Shown piece by piece: positions 36,444-49,317 of a stretch of DNA of 64,000 nucleotides. Position numbers and translations under genes: made by a program. Positions within the stretch are counted from its first letter, which is position 1. Each line of letters starts with the position of its first letter. The stretch covers positions 9,362,001 through 9,426,000 of the forward strand of contig CP075492.1 in assembly GCA_021613535.1 (NCBI GenBank), written 5' to 3'. The stretch is from Adineta vaga. Its lineage: Eukaryota; Animalia; Rotifera. The notes under the pieces were generated by a model, which saw only the letters and a list, made by a program, of their open reading frames with translations, was not told the DNA's origin and ran no database searches.

Positions 36444-38960
36444 CTTACGTCTTGTTGCTGTTGTAGAAATTCTTCGATATAATGAAAATTAAAACAGTAG
36501 TTTCACAAGTCAGATTTGTTTTCTAGATGAAGGTGAAAAATGACTGCAATTAACTAATCATTTACAGATATTCTGTCTATTCCTTATCATATTTCAAAAA
36601 CAGTATTATAATGATAAAGAAGTTACAATGAAATCAGCATTTATCAGAACAAAATAAAAAGACCTTCATTAATAACTCTTGTATTATCAAAGAATAATTT
36701 ATTAAAAATGACATGAAAGAATTTCAACTCAGAGATATAATTAAAATCTACTCAAATGTATGTCACAACTTTGATATCTGTAGTCATACATTATTCAAAT
36801 ATTGGATTAAATTTAAATAATTATTTATTCAATTAGAGTCATATGAGTTTAAAAACACTGAAAGAAACAGATCAGAATCTATATCATCATTTTTCTTCCG
36901 GCACACAGGTTCATTGATGAAATCTCACTGAAGTAAACTGAGATGTACCTTCGTACAGATCATTTTTTTCTTCTTTCAAAATTTGTAAACATGAAGAAAT
37001 TGCAGCATTATGGAAATATCTAGTAATATGTTCATAGATGATTAGAGTATGTAGTACTCATTGCATGTTATATAGATATTTATTAAAGATTTAATCTAGC
37101 CTGTAGTAAGTACGATTTTTTTTTCGAGGTAAATATAAATTCTTTTCTTTTTTTTCAATTGTAAAGATCATTTAAAATAAGTTAAAATATTAACCTACTA
37201 TTTATAATTCTTTTGATGTAGTTTTTTTTTAGAAGAACTGTTAAAATATTAAATATATCATTAGAACATTTAAGTTTCGACAATATATGTAGAGTACAAA
37301 AGCTCAATGAATACTTTCGAAACAAAGAAATAGTATATGTCCTTTCTTTTTCAAAATATCGACTTTCGGTTCTTTTCTCTATGTCATGATTCTAAAGCTG
37401 TATATTTATGTCATTATTTGCTGCTCGATAATCTATTATTTTTCGTGCGTGTTGTAAACGATTAAACTGATTAGCCTATAAGTCGAAATCTTACATTTAC
37501 AACGAAAACATAATATCTATTTGGACGATTTCAGATATTCATTTCTTATCATAGGTATGTTTTTCTTCTATCTACGAGCAGCATCGATCTTAATGAGTGA
37601 AATTCAAGGGTATTATGAGTATAAAATTAATTACTAATGACTTTTAATTATCTTCTTACATGCACAGAATACTTCCTCTCCATAGTCTAAGTGTTTATGA
37701 CAAAATGAACTGACGAAGAAGATGATGATCCACAATTAGATATTTTAGTAATTGTTTCTTTTTATTGAATTTAGGAAGAAATATTAGTCTTTTGATAAAT
37801 GAATTATTGAAAATATCAATCAATTAATAAAATTAAGTGTATTCTCTTTGTTGAATTCCTACTATATTTAGTAAATATTTAACTAATGCAAAACTTTACT
37901 ATTTTGAAGTATTTCTCGTGTCTAAATTCATCCTGATACACCCCCTTAGTCTGATAAAAAACAAGAATAAATCTAAGTGATACATAAAATATTTATACAC
38001 ATCACTTCTTTTTTTGCTAAAAACAATGATCTATATATATATATAGATACGTGTTTTAATGAACAAATTATCAATACTTTATCTGGTTCGTTACTTACAA
38101 TAGAATTTTTCTTTTCTTTTCCATTCCTATATATTGATGACGTTAGTGGAAAAGTATCGATGTATTAATCGAGAATTGATATTTATCATCTATATAATTG
38201 ATTTTATTTATAGAATACTAGAAAAACTACATATTGTATTCGTTAATAGCATGTGTTATATTACAAAAACGAGAATCAGCTCGTGCTTTCATTTTTTGGT
38301 TTTTTTTTATTCTCATAAAAAGGAAAACCAAAAGAATTATATTCTTCATAATATTTCAAGATATAAATAAATAGAAAGATATATATATTTATTTCGAGTG
38401 CTATCATAATCCAGGCTGGCGTAACACGCTAACATTAGAAACAGTTCGTGGTTCAATGCACAAAATCATTACATATATAAAAATAGGCAACTATTTCCGT
38501 TTTTTTTCTCTCTCTCTCTCCCTCGCTATCTCTTGTGCACTTATTATTTCTTTTCCTTTCCTGATACTTGACTAGAAAAAGCACGATGCCGCTAAAGATT
38601 GTGCATGATAGTAACGAACTAACACTACTTGATCATGCTTCATCAGGTAAAATGAAAAAAATGCTGATGCATTTTTGATGAAATGCAAACATCAATTTTC
38701 CAGCAATTAGTCTGTCATGTTGAGAAAGTAAAGTTTACTAGAATGTAGTATTTAAGCAAGTTATAGTCTACTAATGATGCAAGACAACACTGTCTGCGGG
38801 GGAAGAATCGATACTCGTTTTCTTGTTCTTTAGGAAAAAACGGCTTTCTCTATGTCGCACTATTTAGGATTCTTTTTTTTTTATCGTCGTCGTTCTCGAT
38901 TGTTTTGTATCGTTGTATGCAGGAGGCATTGTGTTGTTTTGATACCAACGAGAACGTTAA

Positions 38961-38990
38961 CGCGCGCGCGCGCTCTCGCTCGCACACAGC
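38961..38990. promoter_or_regulatory. CG-rich (CGCG)n patch, likely promoter element between the divergent GPCR and RGS genes
   Basis: CGCGCGCGCGCGCTCTCGCTCGCACAC stands out in very AT-rich DNA, upstream of a putative non-coding exon with a GTAAGT donor at 39242. Confidence 0.35.
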
Positions 38991-40123
38991 TCGCTGTTGC
39001 TCTTCTTCTTTTTTTTCTATGTCTCTTGATTTTTTTTTCGCACAAGAAGAAAAAGAAGTAGAGGAAGAAGCAGTGCGACATACCAGTCGTCAATAGCAAG
39101 AAAATAAGACGACAAAAGTATAGAGTTAGAAAGATTTCGGATGCATTGAGATTGTTGATACATAATGTTCGGAAGACATCGCTTTTATTTGATTCAATAG
39201 TCATCGATTACCCTAATACAATTGTCAAGTTTAGTCAAGCGGTAAGTCATAATGAAGTCGAGGTACATGTATTCTCCTTCTCTGTATGACGAATCTTTCG
39301 GAAAAAAATACAAGAATTTGTTCCCGCATATATCTCGATTGTTTTTGTTTTGTCTGTGAAAGAATATGAAATTATTTTCTTTCGATAACTGGCATATCCA
39401 ATTATATATATCTGACTTTGGTTTATTTTCTTAAGTAAGCACTTTTATACCATTACTTGAATTAGATAGAAATAACATGTATCTATCTATAAATAATCTA
39501 ACTTGTTGTTTTCTTGTACTTGTAAATATATGCTGTATTTATTTGATGGTAGCAAATTGTTGTATAGTTATAGAGAGAAAATTATAATGTTTAAAATTCA
39601 ACTGTGATGAATCTGTAATTTTCTCGATGTCATACTCGCCTTTTTTTAGATTTTCTTGCCTGCTAAATTATATATTGTAACATGAGATCAAGAATTTTCT
39701 GCTAAAGCATAATGATGAGGTGCATTTATGCATGGACGAACAGATATACGAATGACTTATTGTAACCTTTTTCTTTTGAGAAATGTTGTTCTTCATTATT
39801 ACAATTGAGATTCTATTGATAGATCGAATCAGTTCTTCTTTATTTGTATAGATAATAAGAGAAGAAAAACATGAAAATATTCTATCAAATAGTAGACTTA
39901 CATTTACGACCCGGAAAACTATATCTGATACAGCTAGAGGCATCGAAGCTTAAGATATCTTTTGTTCCGACTTTGTTTCTTCTATTTATAGATTTGAATA
40001 TTGAAACATTTTCGAGAAAACATACGATTATGCTTAGTTATTTATATCGATAGAATACGAACGAATAAATATTATCGATGGATTAGAATTTTAAACAAGA
40101 AATCGAATTGAAATAATGCGGCG

Positions 40124-42573
40124 ATGAATGTCATCACGAAAAAAAGTCCAACAACAACAACTGCTGCAACATCAGGCACATCTTATCTCTCAATGATGAC
40201 ATCTAATGTTGTCAGTAACAATAATAACAATAATAACAATAATCCGATAAAACGTCGTGAAAGTTCAATCGGTGAAGATTCTGTAAGTAAAAAACTTTTT
40301 TTTTCTATTCTTATTCATTTCGTATAATGAAAGAAAGAGGAAAAAAACTGATTGATATGCTCAGGAGAATTTGAGTATAAACAAAAAAAGTCAAAAGTTA
40401 ATTTCCATCAAATGTGTTTCATTCTGATATAACATGCAACTATTGATTTGCGCTTCTTCGCTGAAAAATGAATATATACCCATCAGAATCCATGATAAAA
40501 AATCAATCATATTATGTGGCATAGAAGAAATATTGACTATACTATATTATAAGATCAAACTACTCAAATGATTTGATTGTTTATTTTTTTCCATCTACTT
40601 ACTAAATCATTTATTTCGATTGAATGAACAGCAGTAGCACTTCTATCTATGAATCAAGGATGTGCGTCACTTCTTCCGGATTTACTGTTATTCTCTATAA
40701 ATTTATATGCATGGAAACAACACGACAAGAAGATTAAATCACGCGCATCCGTTGAAATAGTTTGACTTTTTTGATTTCTTTAAATCGATCAACAATTCAT
40801 ATGCAATTCATTTCAGTTTTCATGTAGGTGTTAGGTTGTTTTTTTTTCTCTGCATTCTTGGAAAAGATCAGTAGCTTTAGTTTGTTCTGTTATTTTTGTA
40901 AAATACGAAGGCTATACATGTATACAGATGACGTCGTGTCTCGGAGTTTTTTCTCTCTCTCTCTATCCATTCATTATTGATGATGGGGAGATAGATGGAT
41001 AGAAAAGAAAGCGCCTGTGTCATTGCCTATCTTACGACATTACAGGCACTGACAACAACAATAAATGTCACATCATATTGAATAAGGTATCGATCGAATA
41101 GATGGAAAAAAAACGATTCATTCTTGTATATAGTTTTCAATAATGGAGAATTTAAACAGCTGTGTCTACTCTATTAAACGATTGTAACGATGCATTCGAT
41201 GACATCATATGAAAAAAAAAGAATATACTGTTTTTCTTTTCACTTTTAAAAACAAAAGAGAATTAATAAAGTACTTTACAAGTTCATCGTTTCGTTTAAT
41301 GATAATTTACAGTGTATATATATATATATATATATATTTCTGAATTGTATGGTTACAATTAGTAATCATTAACATAGACATACGTCATTAACAATAATAG
41401 AATGAGAAGAAAATCAAAACGTTTTGAAAATATGTCTATCTATGATCATTATGAATAAAATGATGCTCATATCTCACGCATGTCTAAAGACGTATTTCCT
41501 CTTTTTCTCTTTTCTAAACTCATCCTGTTCTGATTATAAGCCTGTTATTAGCAAGACTGACGCCTACAGGTATATCTCTAATTTGTTTGATTCACATGAG
41601 AAATTGTGTATTTCGGTATGTCTGCTTGAAAGTTTATCATTAGATATTGTCTCTCCTTCAAAGCAAGGTCTAAGTATTTCATACATATAGATAATATATA
41701 TATGAATATCATTACAGACACATATATATTATATATATATTGTGATCGATAATGACAACAATATGTATGTATATAAAAGAATAACCTATTTCTATACAAC
41801 TGATAATTTATATAGAAGGAAAAAGACTATCATTCACCCACATATGATGAACCAGATGTGATTGTTGAGTCATGCAATCGAATAAAATACTATAATTTAT
41901 TGATTTCTTTTGAAACATAGTAGAATATTTACGCGTGGGTTATTTACCAGTTGTCGACCTTAATATATATTTTATCAGAATAAATCAATCATATGAACAT
42001 AGTTTTTCTTTTATTTTCTTCTGTCAATCAGTAAAAGTATGGTTTTTCTTTTCTTTTTTACTTTTCCTATTGAGCAGATGAACTTCTCTTCTTCTTCTTC
42101 TTCTTCTTCGTTGCCGTTTTACGTCATTTGTTCAATAACATGTAATGATTTCTTACTGACGTCACTAGTACAATTCTTGCTAACGGAAGAAACGAAAGAC
42201 CTTGTTCGCTCGCCTTAGCGTGTACGCGAGTGCAAGCAAAATGCGATGATTTCTCTCTATTGATGGGCTTACATGTGACGTCGATTGTCCGTCGTGCGGT
42301 CGATGATGACGTCGTCATCGGCAGTAAGCTAGGAGAATGAGCATATAAAAGAAGATATATACATGCGCGTATAGGCTACATTCGCCTATTGAAGCAAGAG
42401 ATAGTTTCTTTAGCCAATAATCATCTTTGGAAAAAAAGAAAGAAGAACAGAGCTATGACGTCAAACTGATGTATTCGTTGTCCTATCTAATATAATCGTA
42501 TCTTCATTTGAGACAAAGTGCCTGTGTGCGATATACACGGGTATATCTCATTGAGATCTATCTATCTTTGCAA

Positions 42574-42605
<32 letters not shown>

Positions 42606-45407
42606 TATCTACTATACTAAAGTCAAATTTTTATAAATGTTCTCTCTTCTTTCTTTTTAAGGGCGTTCAAATCGATCACGATAGTGCAGGAAAAACACTT
42701 CGTTCATCAGTAACTAGTTCAATAACTGTTGTTCCTTCATTATTATCATCATCACCGTCATCAATTTCTAATAAAACAATCAGTACAACGACGGCACCAA
42801 GTCTACGAACTGGATCAATTTCTACTACAATGGTCGCATCATCGACACTGGTTCCTCCAAATATTGATACTAAATCATCTTCAGCGTCATCCTCACCCTC
42901 ATCACCATTATTAACACTTCAAACTCGTAAAGACTCGAATGTATCAAGTTCTGGTGCTTTTTCTGAACCATCACGTTCGTTTGGTCAAGACGAAAATTCT
43001 TCCGATTCATTATTTAGTCCAACATCAGCAACATCAACACATTTAGTAGTTAAATGTAATGTAAATCCATCTACAACAACGTTAACACATCCAGTTACTT
43101 TAACACCACGTGTAAAAGTGACTGTACAACAACCATCGATTACTAGTCGACCATCACGTTTTGATTCTTCACCGGAAAATATCACACCATCATCATCACA
43201 TTTAAAAACTCCGACATCAAATGCATTACCGATTATGACGACAAGTACGACATCAAGTGCGCCGGAATTTTCCTTAAGTGGTGCATCAAGTATTGATGAT
43301 TCTGATGAATTAGCATTATATGATCAATATTTATCTTCACATGGAAGACAATCAAATCCTTCACCTGAACTTCGAAAGAAAAATTTTGATGATTGGATTA
43401 AATTCGAACAAAGATATTTACCACGTAGTAAAAGTGAAATCAATACTGGACCAACAGAACAATCTTCTCAACACATCCTAACTAGTCAAATAAAACCAGT
43501 AAGTTGAAACTAATCGGATATTCATAGAAGAAAACATAATAGACAAAAGAATGCTTTAATAAGTAATCTTTTAACAAGGAAATTGTTTCATAGCTAGACT
43601 GAAAAATGATGTGACATTTTTTGCCTTTCTGACAATCAATAAGAAGAAAAAAAAACAGAGAAAAGAACGACGAAATTATTGGAAGGATAATAATCATTAT
43701 AAACTATTGCGACGTTTTTGTATATTGATTTTGCACAGACATCGTTTTTCTCGTCCATACACTTCTCTTATTTTATATTTACAAAACGTATCAATCGATT
43801 ACATGTGTTAACTTCCTTGGAGACTTCTTTTGCTTTCGTACCGAGTTTTCATCTAATCGCGCACCCCCTATAACTTTTTAATTCGCTTCGCAGGAAGAAC
43901 GAGAGAGAGAGAGGGAGAGTGTGTATGTGTAGTATATATCGTGTAGTATGCCATTTGTTATGTTTTTTTACATGCAAACACGAATAGACCGACAGTCTTC
44001 TGCATTCTAGTAATATTTCTTTTCTTTTTTTTTCTTCTTTTGCCTCGTCGTCATCGCCATTTCATATTCACATACAGCTACACATACATCATACAAATGA
44101 TCAGTAGTTGAGAGTTGACTAATAGACAATTGTCGTCGCAGGTCGACGTTTTCAGTAGTTGTATGTTTATTCTTCTTATTATCTCACATCGTGTGCTGGA
44201 AACACACTTGATCTTTGAAAAAATGTCATCATTATTTCGATTTTATCGAACACGTTCAGCAACAACTATCAATCAATTAAAACCTGTGAAAACGACACGT
44301 TCACGTAGTCCAGATGATCTCTTACATTTAGAAAAGGTAATTGCACACGACAAAGTTATGTATATATATATATATATGGATAAAATTCATAGTTGATTAA
44401 CATTTTCCCTTCTTTACGTTTTTCTTTTCTTGCACTTTCTTTTAATAAATATAAAATTCAGGTGAAACTATAAGTAATTAGAGACCTTTCATGCTTGAAG
44501 TAATTTGAAAGTGTCGATATTGATATTTCCGTTTAGATTGAAAGAAAGTCTTAATTGCCTTTTTTTTTCTTTCACCATATCAAATAATTTTATGTTTAGG
44601 AACCAACATCATACGTTAGTGAAGACGACGATTCAAATAGTCGAATATCTGCTTCAAGTAATTCATCAGATATGTCAAAAAAGAAAAAGTCGAAAGCAGC
44701 AACGATGTAAGTTCTTTTCTTTTCTTTTCTTTTCATAATCATTCATTTAACAATCAATGTTTTCTTTCATCTATAGAGCAAAAGATTTTAAATCTCGTGC
44801 AGCAAATTTAATTCGACGTCGTACAACTGAAGCTACTCTATCAGAAAAAAGTCTTATTCCATCACGTGAAGATGTACAATCATGGGAACAATCTTTTGAT
44901 GCTCTTTTACGACATCGATGTAAGAGAAAATATAATCATTTTAATCAGTTTTGTAAATGTTTGCTTCTAGATGGACAAGCTTTATTTCGTGCCTTTTTAC
45001 GAACTGAATTTAGTGAAGAAAATCTCGAATTTTGGCTTGCATGTGATGAATTTCGTTCATGTAAAGAACCAAAAAGATCGGGAAAAGCCAAGAAAATCTA
45101 TATGGATTTTATTGCTATTGGTGCCCCGAAGCAGGTAAAATCGATCTTCTCATTTCGTTTTTCTTATTAATTCTCGTGACTTTCTTAGGTGAATCTTGAT
45201 ACTGAAACACGTATGTCAACTATAGCTAATATTGATAATCCACCAATAGATACATTTGATCGAGCTCAAAGACGCATTCAAGGTTTAATGGAAAAAGATT
45301 CCTATCAACGTTTTCTCAAATCCGAATTATATATTAATCTACTACGTCGCACAACATATCCAGTTCAACGACGAACGACAACGGAAATCTCTTCAAAATC
45401 ATCTTGA
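40124..45407 (+). CDS. Regulator of G-protein signalling (R4/RGS3-like) with long Ser/Thr-rich N-terminus; exons about 40124-40282, 42662-43498, 44600-44705, 44777-44918, 44971-45134, 45189-45407
   Basis: RGS box WEQSFDALL..GQALFRAFLRTEFSEENLEFWLAC..AKKIY..FI...APKQVNLD..FDRAQ..I..LMEKDSYQRFLKSELY. The upstream exons are phase-0 compatible. Confidence 0.85.
42119..42463 (+). promoter_or_regulatory. Cluster of CRE/ATF sites plus TATA box, a putative internal promoter in RGS intron 1
   Basis: TTACGTCA 42119, TGACGTCA 42157 and 42456, TGACGTCG 42276 and 42307, TATAAAA 42344-42350. Confidence 0.5.
44223..44336 (+). CDS. Alternative first coding exon of the RGS gene (short isoform)
   Basis: ATG 44223 MSSLFRFYRTRSATTINQLKPVKTTRSRSPDDLLHLEK, then a GTAATT donor; phase 0 matches the acceptor at 44600. 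Confidence 0.6.
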
Positions 45408-45578
45408 TGAATGACATATACATATATGTATATACTATATATATATTCACCTGCTAGTTCAGGATGTTTTTCTTCCATCCTTCTATATTCATCTGACACT
45501 GGTTGTCAGGATTGGGAATTTACAAAGAAAAAGAAACAATCTAGACAATGTCTGACTGTATATCTAGTCAGAACTTGA

Positions 45579-45605
45579 TGTGTGTGTGTGTGTGTGTGTG
45601 TGTGT
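45579..45605 (+). repeat. (TG)n microsatellite in the RGS 3' region
   Basis: 13 TG units read directly. Confidence 0.9.
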
Positions 45606-47455
45606 TTCTTACGCAAAAAAGAAACAAAACATGCCTCGATGGTTATCTCGTTGTGCAAAAAAAACGGAACTTCTTTTTACTTGTGCGCGTGTATATGGGA
45701 ACAGAACACAGAGCGGAATGACAGAAAAAGTAAAAGCATACGATTAATTGATTAGCAAATAAGCACTATGAAAAAATGCTATACTTGAGATTTATATTAT
45801 ATGTAAAAACATGACATGGAGAGACGATCATTCGTTTAGTCAATAAATGAAAATATGAGTTTGATATTATATGAAAGAAAAACATTCTAATGATATTGAA
45901 CAGTAGGGAAATGTGGTAGAAAAACTTCATGACCTTGTTTTTGATAAAATTTTATTAATGAAAAAGACATCTGTCGTCCTTTTCACACTACCTGTAAACT
46001 GTCAAAACATAATTAATTCACGAGTTCTCGAGCCAATAAGCGTAAACAAAAGAGGAGTGAACAAAAAAACGCTTTGTGAATATTAATAAAACAACAGGAA
46101 CTTATTAGTACTTTCGATTTTAATTATAGAACATGAATATGTGATTTTTAATATGGGAGTTCAATGAATTCTATAAAGACTTTCAGTATATTCCTTCGAG
46201 TTTCTGACTAGCTCAATTAACAAATATTTATTCGTAAAAAGAATTGATCATTATTTCAATTAAACAATTTTTCGTCCATGAAGAACATTCATAGTCAATA
46301 ATCAAAATCATAATCATCAATTTGTCATTCGAAATAAAAGAAAATATTGATGAAAACATAACACAACTGTTCTATCACTATCTAAATGTTATTAATTTTA
46401 TTTAACAAAACAAAAAGTATTTCCTCAGAGAAAAAAAATATGATATAGTTGGAAGTCATTAATGTTCTTCATTCGGTTTTTTTATTGCTTTCGTAGAAAT
46501 AGTATTGTAATGTAATATGAGTTCTAGATATTATATTCGAAGAGAATTATTATCAAATAAGATCATAGATATCATATGCGAATGTCATTTTTAAATGATG
46601 AATACACTAAAAAATGATTATTTTCCATATTTGTACTTCATAAGTAAACATGTATTGAAAAATTATAAATAAAGTTCAAAGATTATTTAACTAATCTCAT
46701 TGATTATCATATAAATACAAAAGAGAACGACTATTTTTAGTAACGAAACGAAGAATAATTTGATAAAAGGATTGCGTAGGTGTTTTATAAATGTTCTACA
46801 TTCATACGTTTCGCATCATAATTATATACTGTCGATTCCAAAGAATGGGAAAAGGGTGTGGAGATGAAAGTGCACCTAAGGTGTTCTATTCACATCTCAT
46901 ATTCATTCATGCGAACGTCTACTCATATGATTGACAGGCATATTTTGATACCGAAATGATGCAATCCACAATATAATCGTAGAATATGGTTCTGAAGAAC
47001 ATATTTCAAAATTTCATAATCAGGGCGTTTTCGTCTTGGATTCTGTCAATCAAATAAATGTCCTTTTTCAAAGAGAAAATTCAAACTAGATAGTCATATG
47101 GCTTCTCAAGTGATTTATGAAAAAAAACATTATAATGAGAACAGAAGACGTGCTTGAAAGTAAAATTCAATTTCAACTTGCAAAAAACCGTGATTGCCTG
47201 TTTTCCTTATGCTTATTTTAAATATCCAATTACATTTCATTCAATACAAGTCAACGATGCTGTGTTTACTATGCGCTTGAGATTTTAAGTTTTCTTTATT
47301 AGAAATAAAAATTTGCTGCTTATCGAAAATAACAGTTCACTGAACTTTTTTTGACAATCGCAAATAAATAATAGAATAAATAAGCGATGAAGTGCTTCTT
47401 ACGGTACTAATGGAGATTCAGTTATTTTTATTATTTTTAATTCTTGTGAATACGT

Positions 47456-47463
47456 ATATAAAG
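47456..47463 (+). promoter_or_regulatory. TATA box of the CAP gene
   Basis: TATATAAA upstream of a short non-coding exon (donor GTATAT at 47524) and a 5' UTR intron ending at 47600. Confidence 0.45.
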
Positions 47464-47610
47464 AGCACGAATTCTGCAATATTAGCAAAAAGCATCCTCT
47501 GACCTTTCTGATAATAACAGCAGGTATATGTACAGTATTCGATATTTCTTTTTCTATTGTGCTCGTTTCTTCTGAATAATTGTTTTGTAATTATTTATAG
47601 AATAGAAATC

Positions 47611-48222
47611 ATGCAAAATCTTGCATTCGTGTTATGTTTTGCATCGATATTTCTCTATCCGGTGATGGGTGTAATCAATCTGGCTAGTTTTCAACAAGAA
47701 GCACTGTTACAACATAACTATTATCGACAACAGTTGCATTGTACCGGCGGAATGATACTAAATGCATCACTGAATACAATTGCACAAAATTATGCTCAAT
47801 ATCTAGCTGCTAATAATATTTTTAATCACAGTCAAGTAGCTGGTATAGGAGAAAATCTCTATATGACATATTCATCAGGTGGTATAAATTATGTCAACGG
47901 TAATAAATACAATTCTTAGTCCATCAGATATTCTATATACTGTTTAGGTTCGGTACCTACTATTGCTTGGTACAATGAAATTTCTTTGTACAATTACAAC
48001 TCTCCTGGGTTTTCTGGATCAACTGGTCATTTTACTCAAGTTATTTGGTCGGATTCTGTACAATTAGGTGTTGGTGTTGCACTCACTGCCAACAATCTAT
48101 CAGCGTATGTTGTTGCTAATTATTATCCACCTGGAAATTATCAAGGTCAGTTTGCTGCTAAAGTACTACCATTATGTGCCTCAAGTACAACTGCTAGTTC
48201 AACGTCAAGCGCATCATCATCA

Positions 48223-48261
<39 letters not shown>

Positions 48262-48459
48262 TCCTCTTCATCCTCAACACCATCATCAACATCAAGTAGC
48301 ACAGGATCATCGGCAAGCAGTAGTAGTGCATCTACAGCCAGTACAGCATCAACGATGCAACCTTCGGCTGCAAGAAGTGCAGCATTAAATCTGTCCTATC
48401 AATATTATCACTTTTGGGCAGCAATTGTGATTTTTGTTATACAATTCTACCAAATTTAA
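47611..48459 (+). CDS. Secreted CAP/SCP (PR-1/GAPR-1-like) protein with Ser-rich stalk and probable GPI signal, 2 exons (intron about 47900-47947)
   Basis: Signal peptide MQNLAFVLCFASIFLYPVMG; HNYYR, GENLY, WYNE, GHFTQVIW, VVANYYPPGN motifs; poly-Ser; hydrophobic C-terminus. Confidence 0.9.
48213..48263 (+). repeat. Coding (TCA/TCG)n trinucleotide repeat encoding poly-Ser
   Basis: TCA units flank about 12 TCG units, in frame within the CAP gene stalk. Confidence 0.85.
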
Positions 48460-49317
48460 TCAATCATAAACACGAAACATCACAAATTACTAATAAATGT
48501 ATTGCTTCACTTTCTTTTCTTCTATTTGGTCATGTCACGTTAAAAAGTACACAATCATTCGAGTATTTTTCTTTCTTATTTTTGCAAAACATTTGGACTT
48601 CAATCCAAACATAATAAAACGTCATTACAGACTAAAAATATCATTCATTGCTTGACGAGAAAAGAAACAAAAATCATAATAAACTACTTTACCGATAGGC
48701 ATTTTTATATTCGATTTTGGAAATAATAAAAATGTTTATCTAATATAGAATAACTTATGAATGTAATTTACATTTCAATCCATATCTATTCAGTTTAACA
48801 TTTGTACACATAATAGTGGATACTGTTTAATGGATATCTTCTTGTTATCAACAATGATTAAATATGTTCAACTCATCTCTCCACATTTCTTTTCATTTCT
48901 AATACAAATAAATTATTGTCTATGATTGATAATGAAAGGACATCATTACACGTGAATAGTTTCAATATTTTGATCCTTGAATAACAAGGTAACTGACATG
49001 AGAATGAAAAGAATCGTCAGTATTCTTATCATGTTATTCAATACGAAAAAGAAATGCTTTTTTCACGGACTTTTTCATATTTTGCCAAGTATAACTATAC
49101 ATATCATCGCTTTTCCTTTCGTTCTTCAGTGTTAAATAATAAATATCGATGGTGTTTCTTTTGGCTAGTACGATTAAATTTATAATGACAAAGAAAATGG
49201 CATTGTCTGCTAGTACACAGGCACCCAAATATCTAACCTCAAATTAACTATTTTATACCACAATTTGCAACAATTATTTATTCATTCTGAAGTATTACAT
49301 TTTCGTAATACATATCT

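Noticed and set aside
38852-39204. Overlapping short ORFs (TRARALARTQ, etc.)
   Set aside because: They derive from low-complexity CG/T-rich promoter or UTR sequence and have no phase-compatible link to the RGS coding exons.
45900-47400. Long gene-free AT-rich region checked for ncRNA, tRNA or repeats
   Set aside because: No tRNA cloverleaf, rRNA similarity or repeat structure was recognisable.
48068-48388. Poly-Arg/His ORF resembling a protamine
   Set aside because: Alternative frame of the TCG/TCA poly-Ser repeat inside the CAP gene.
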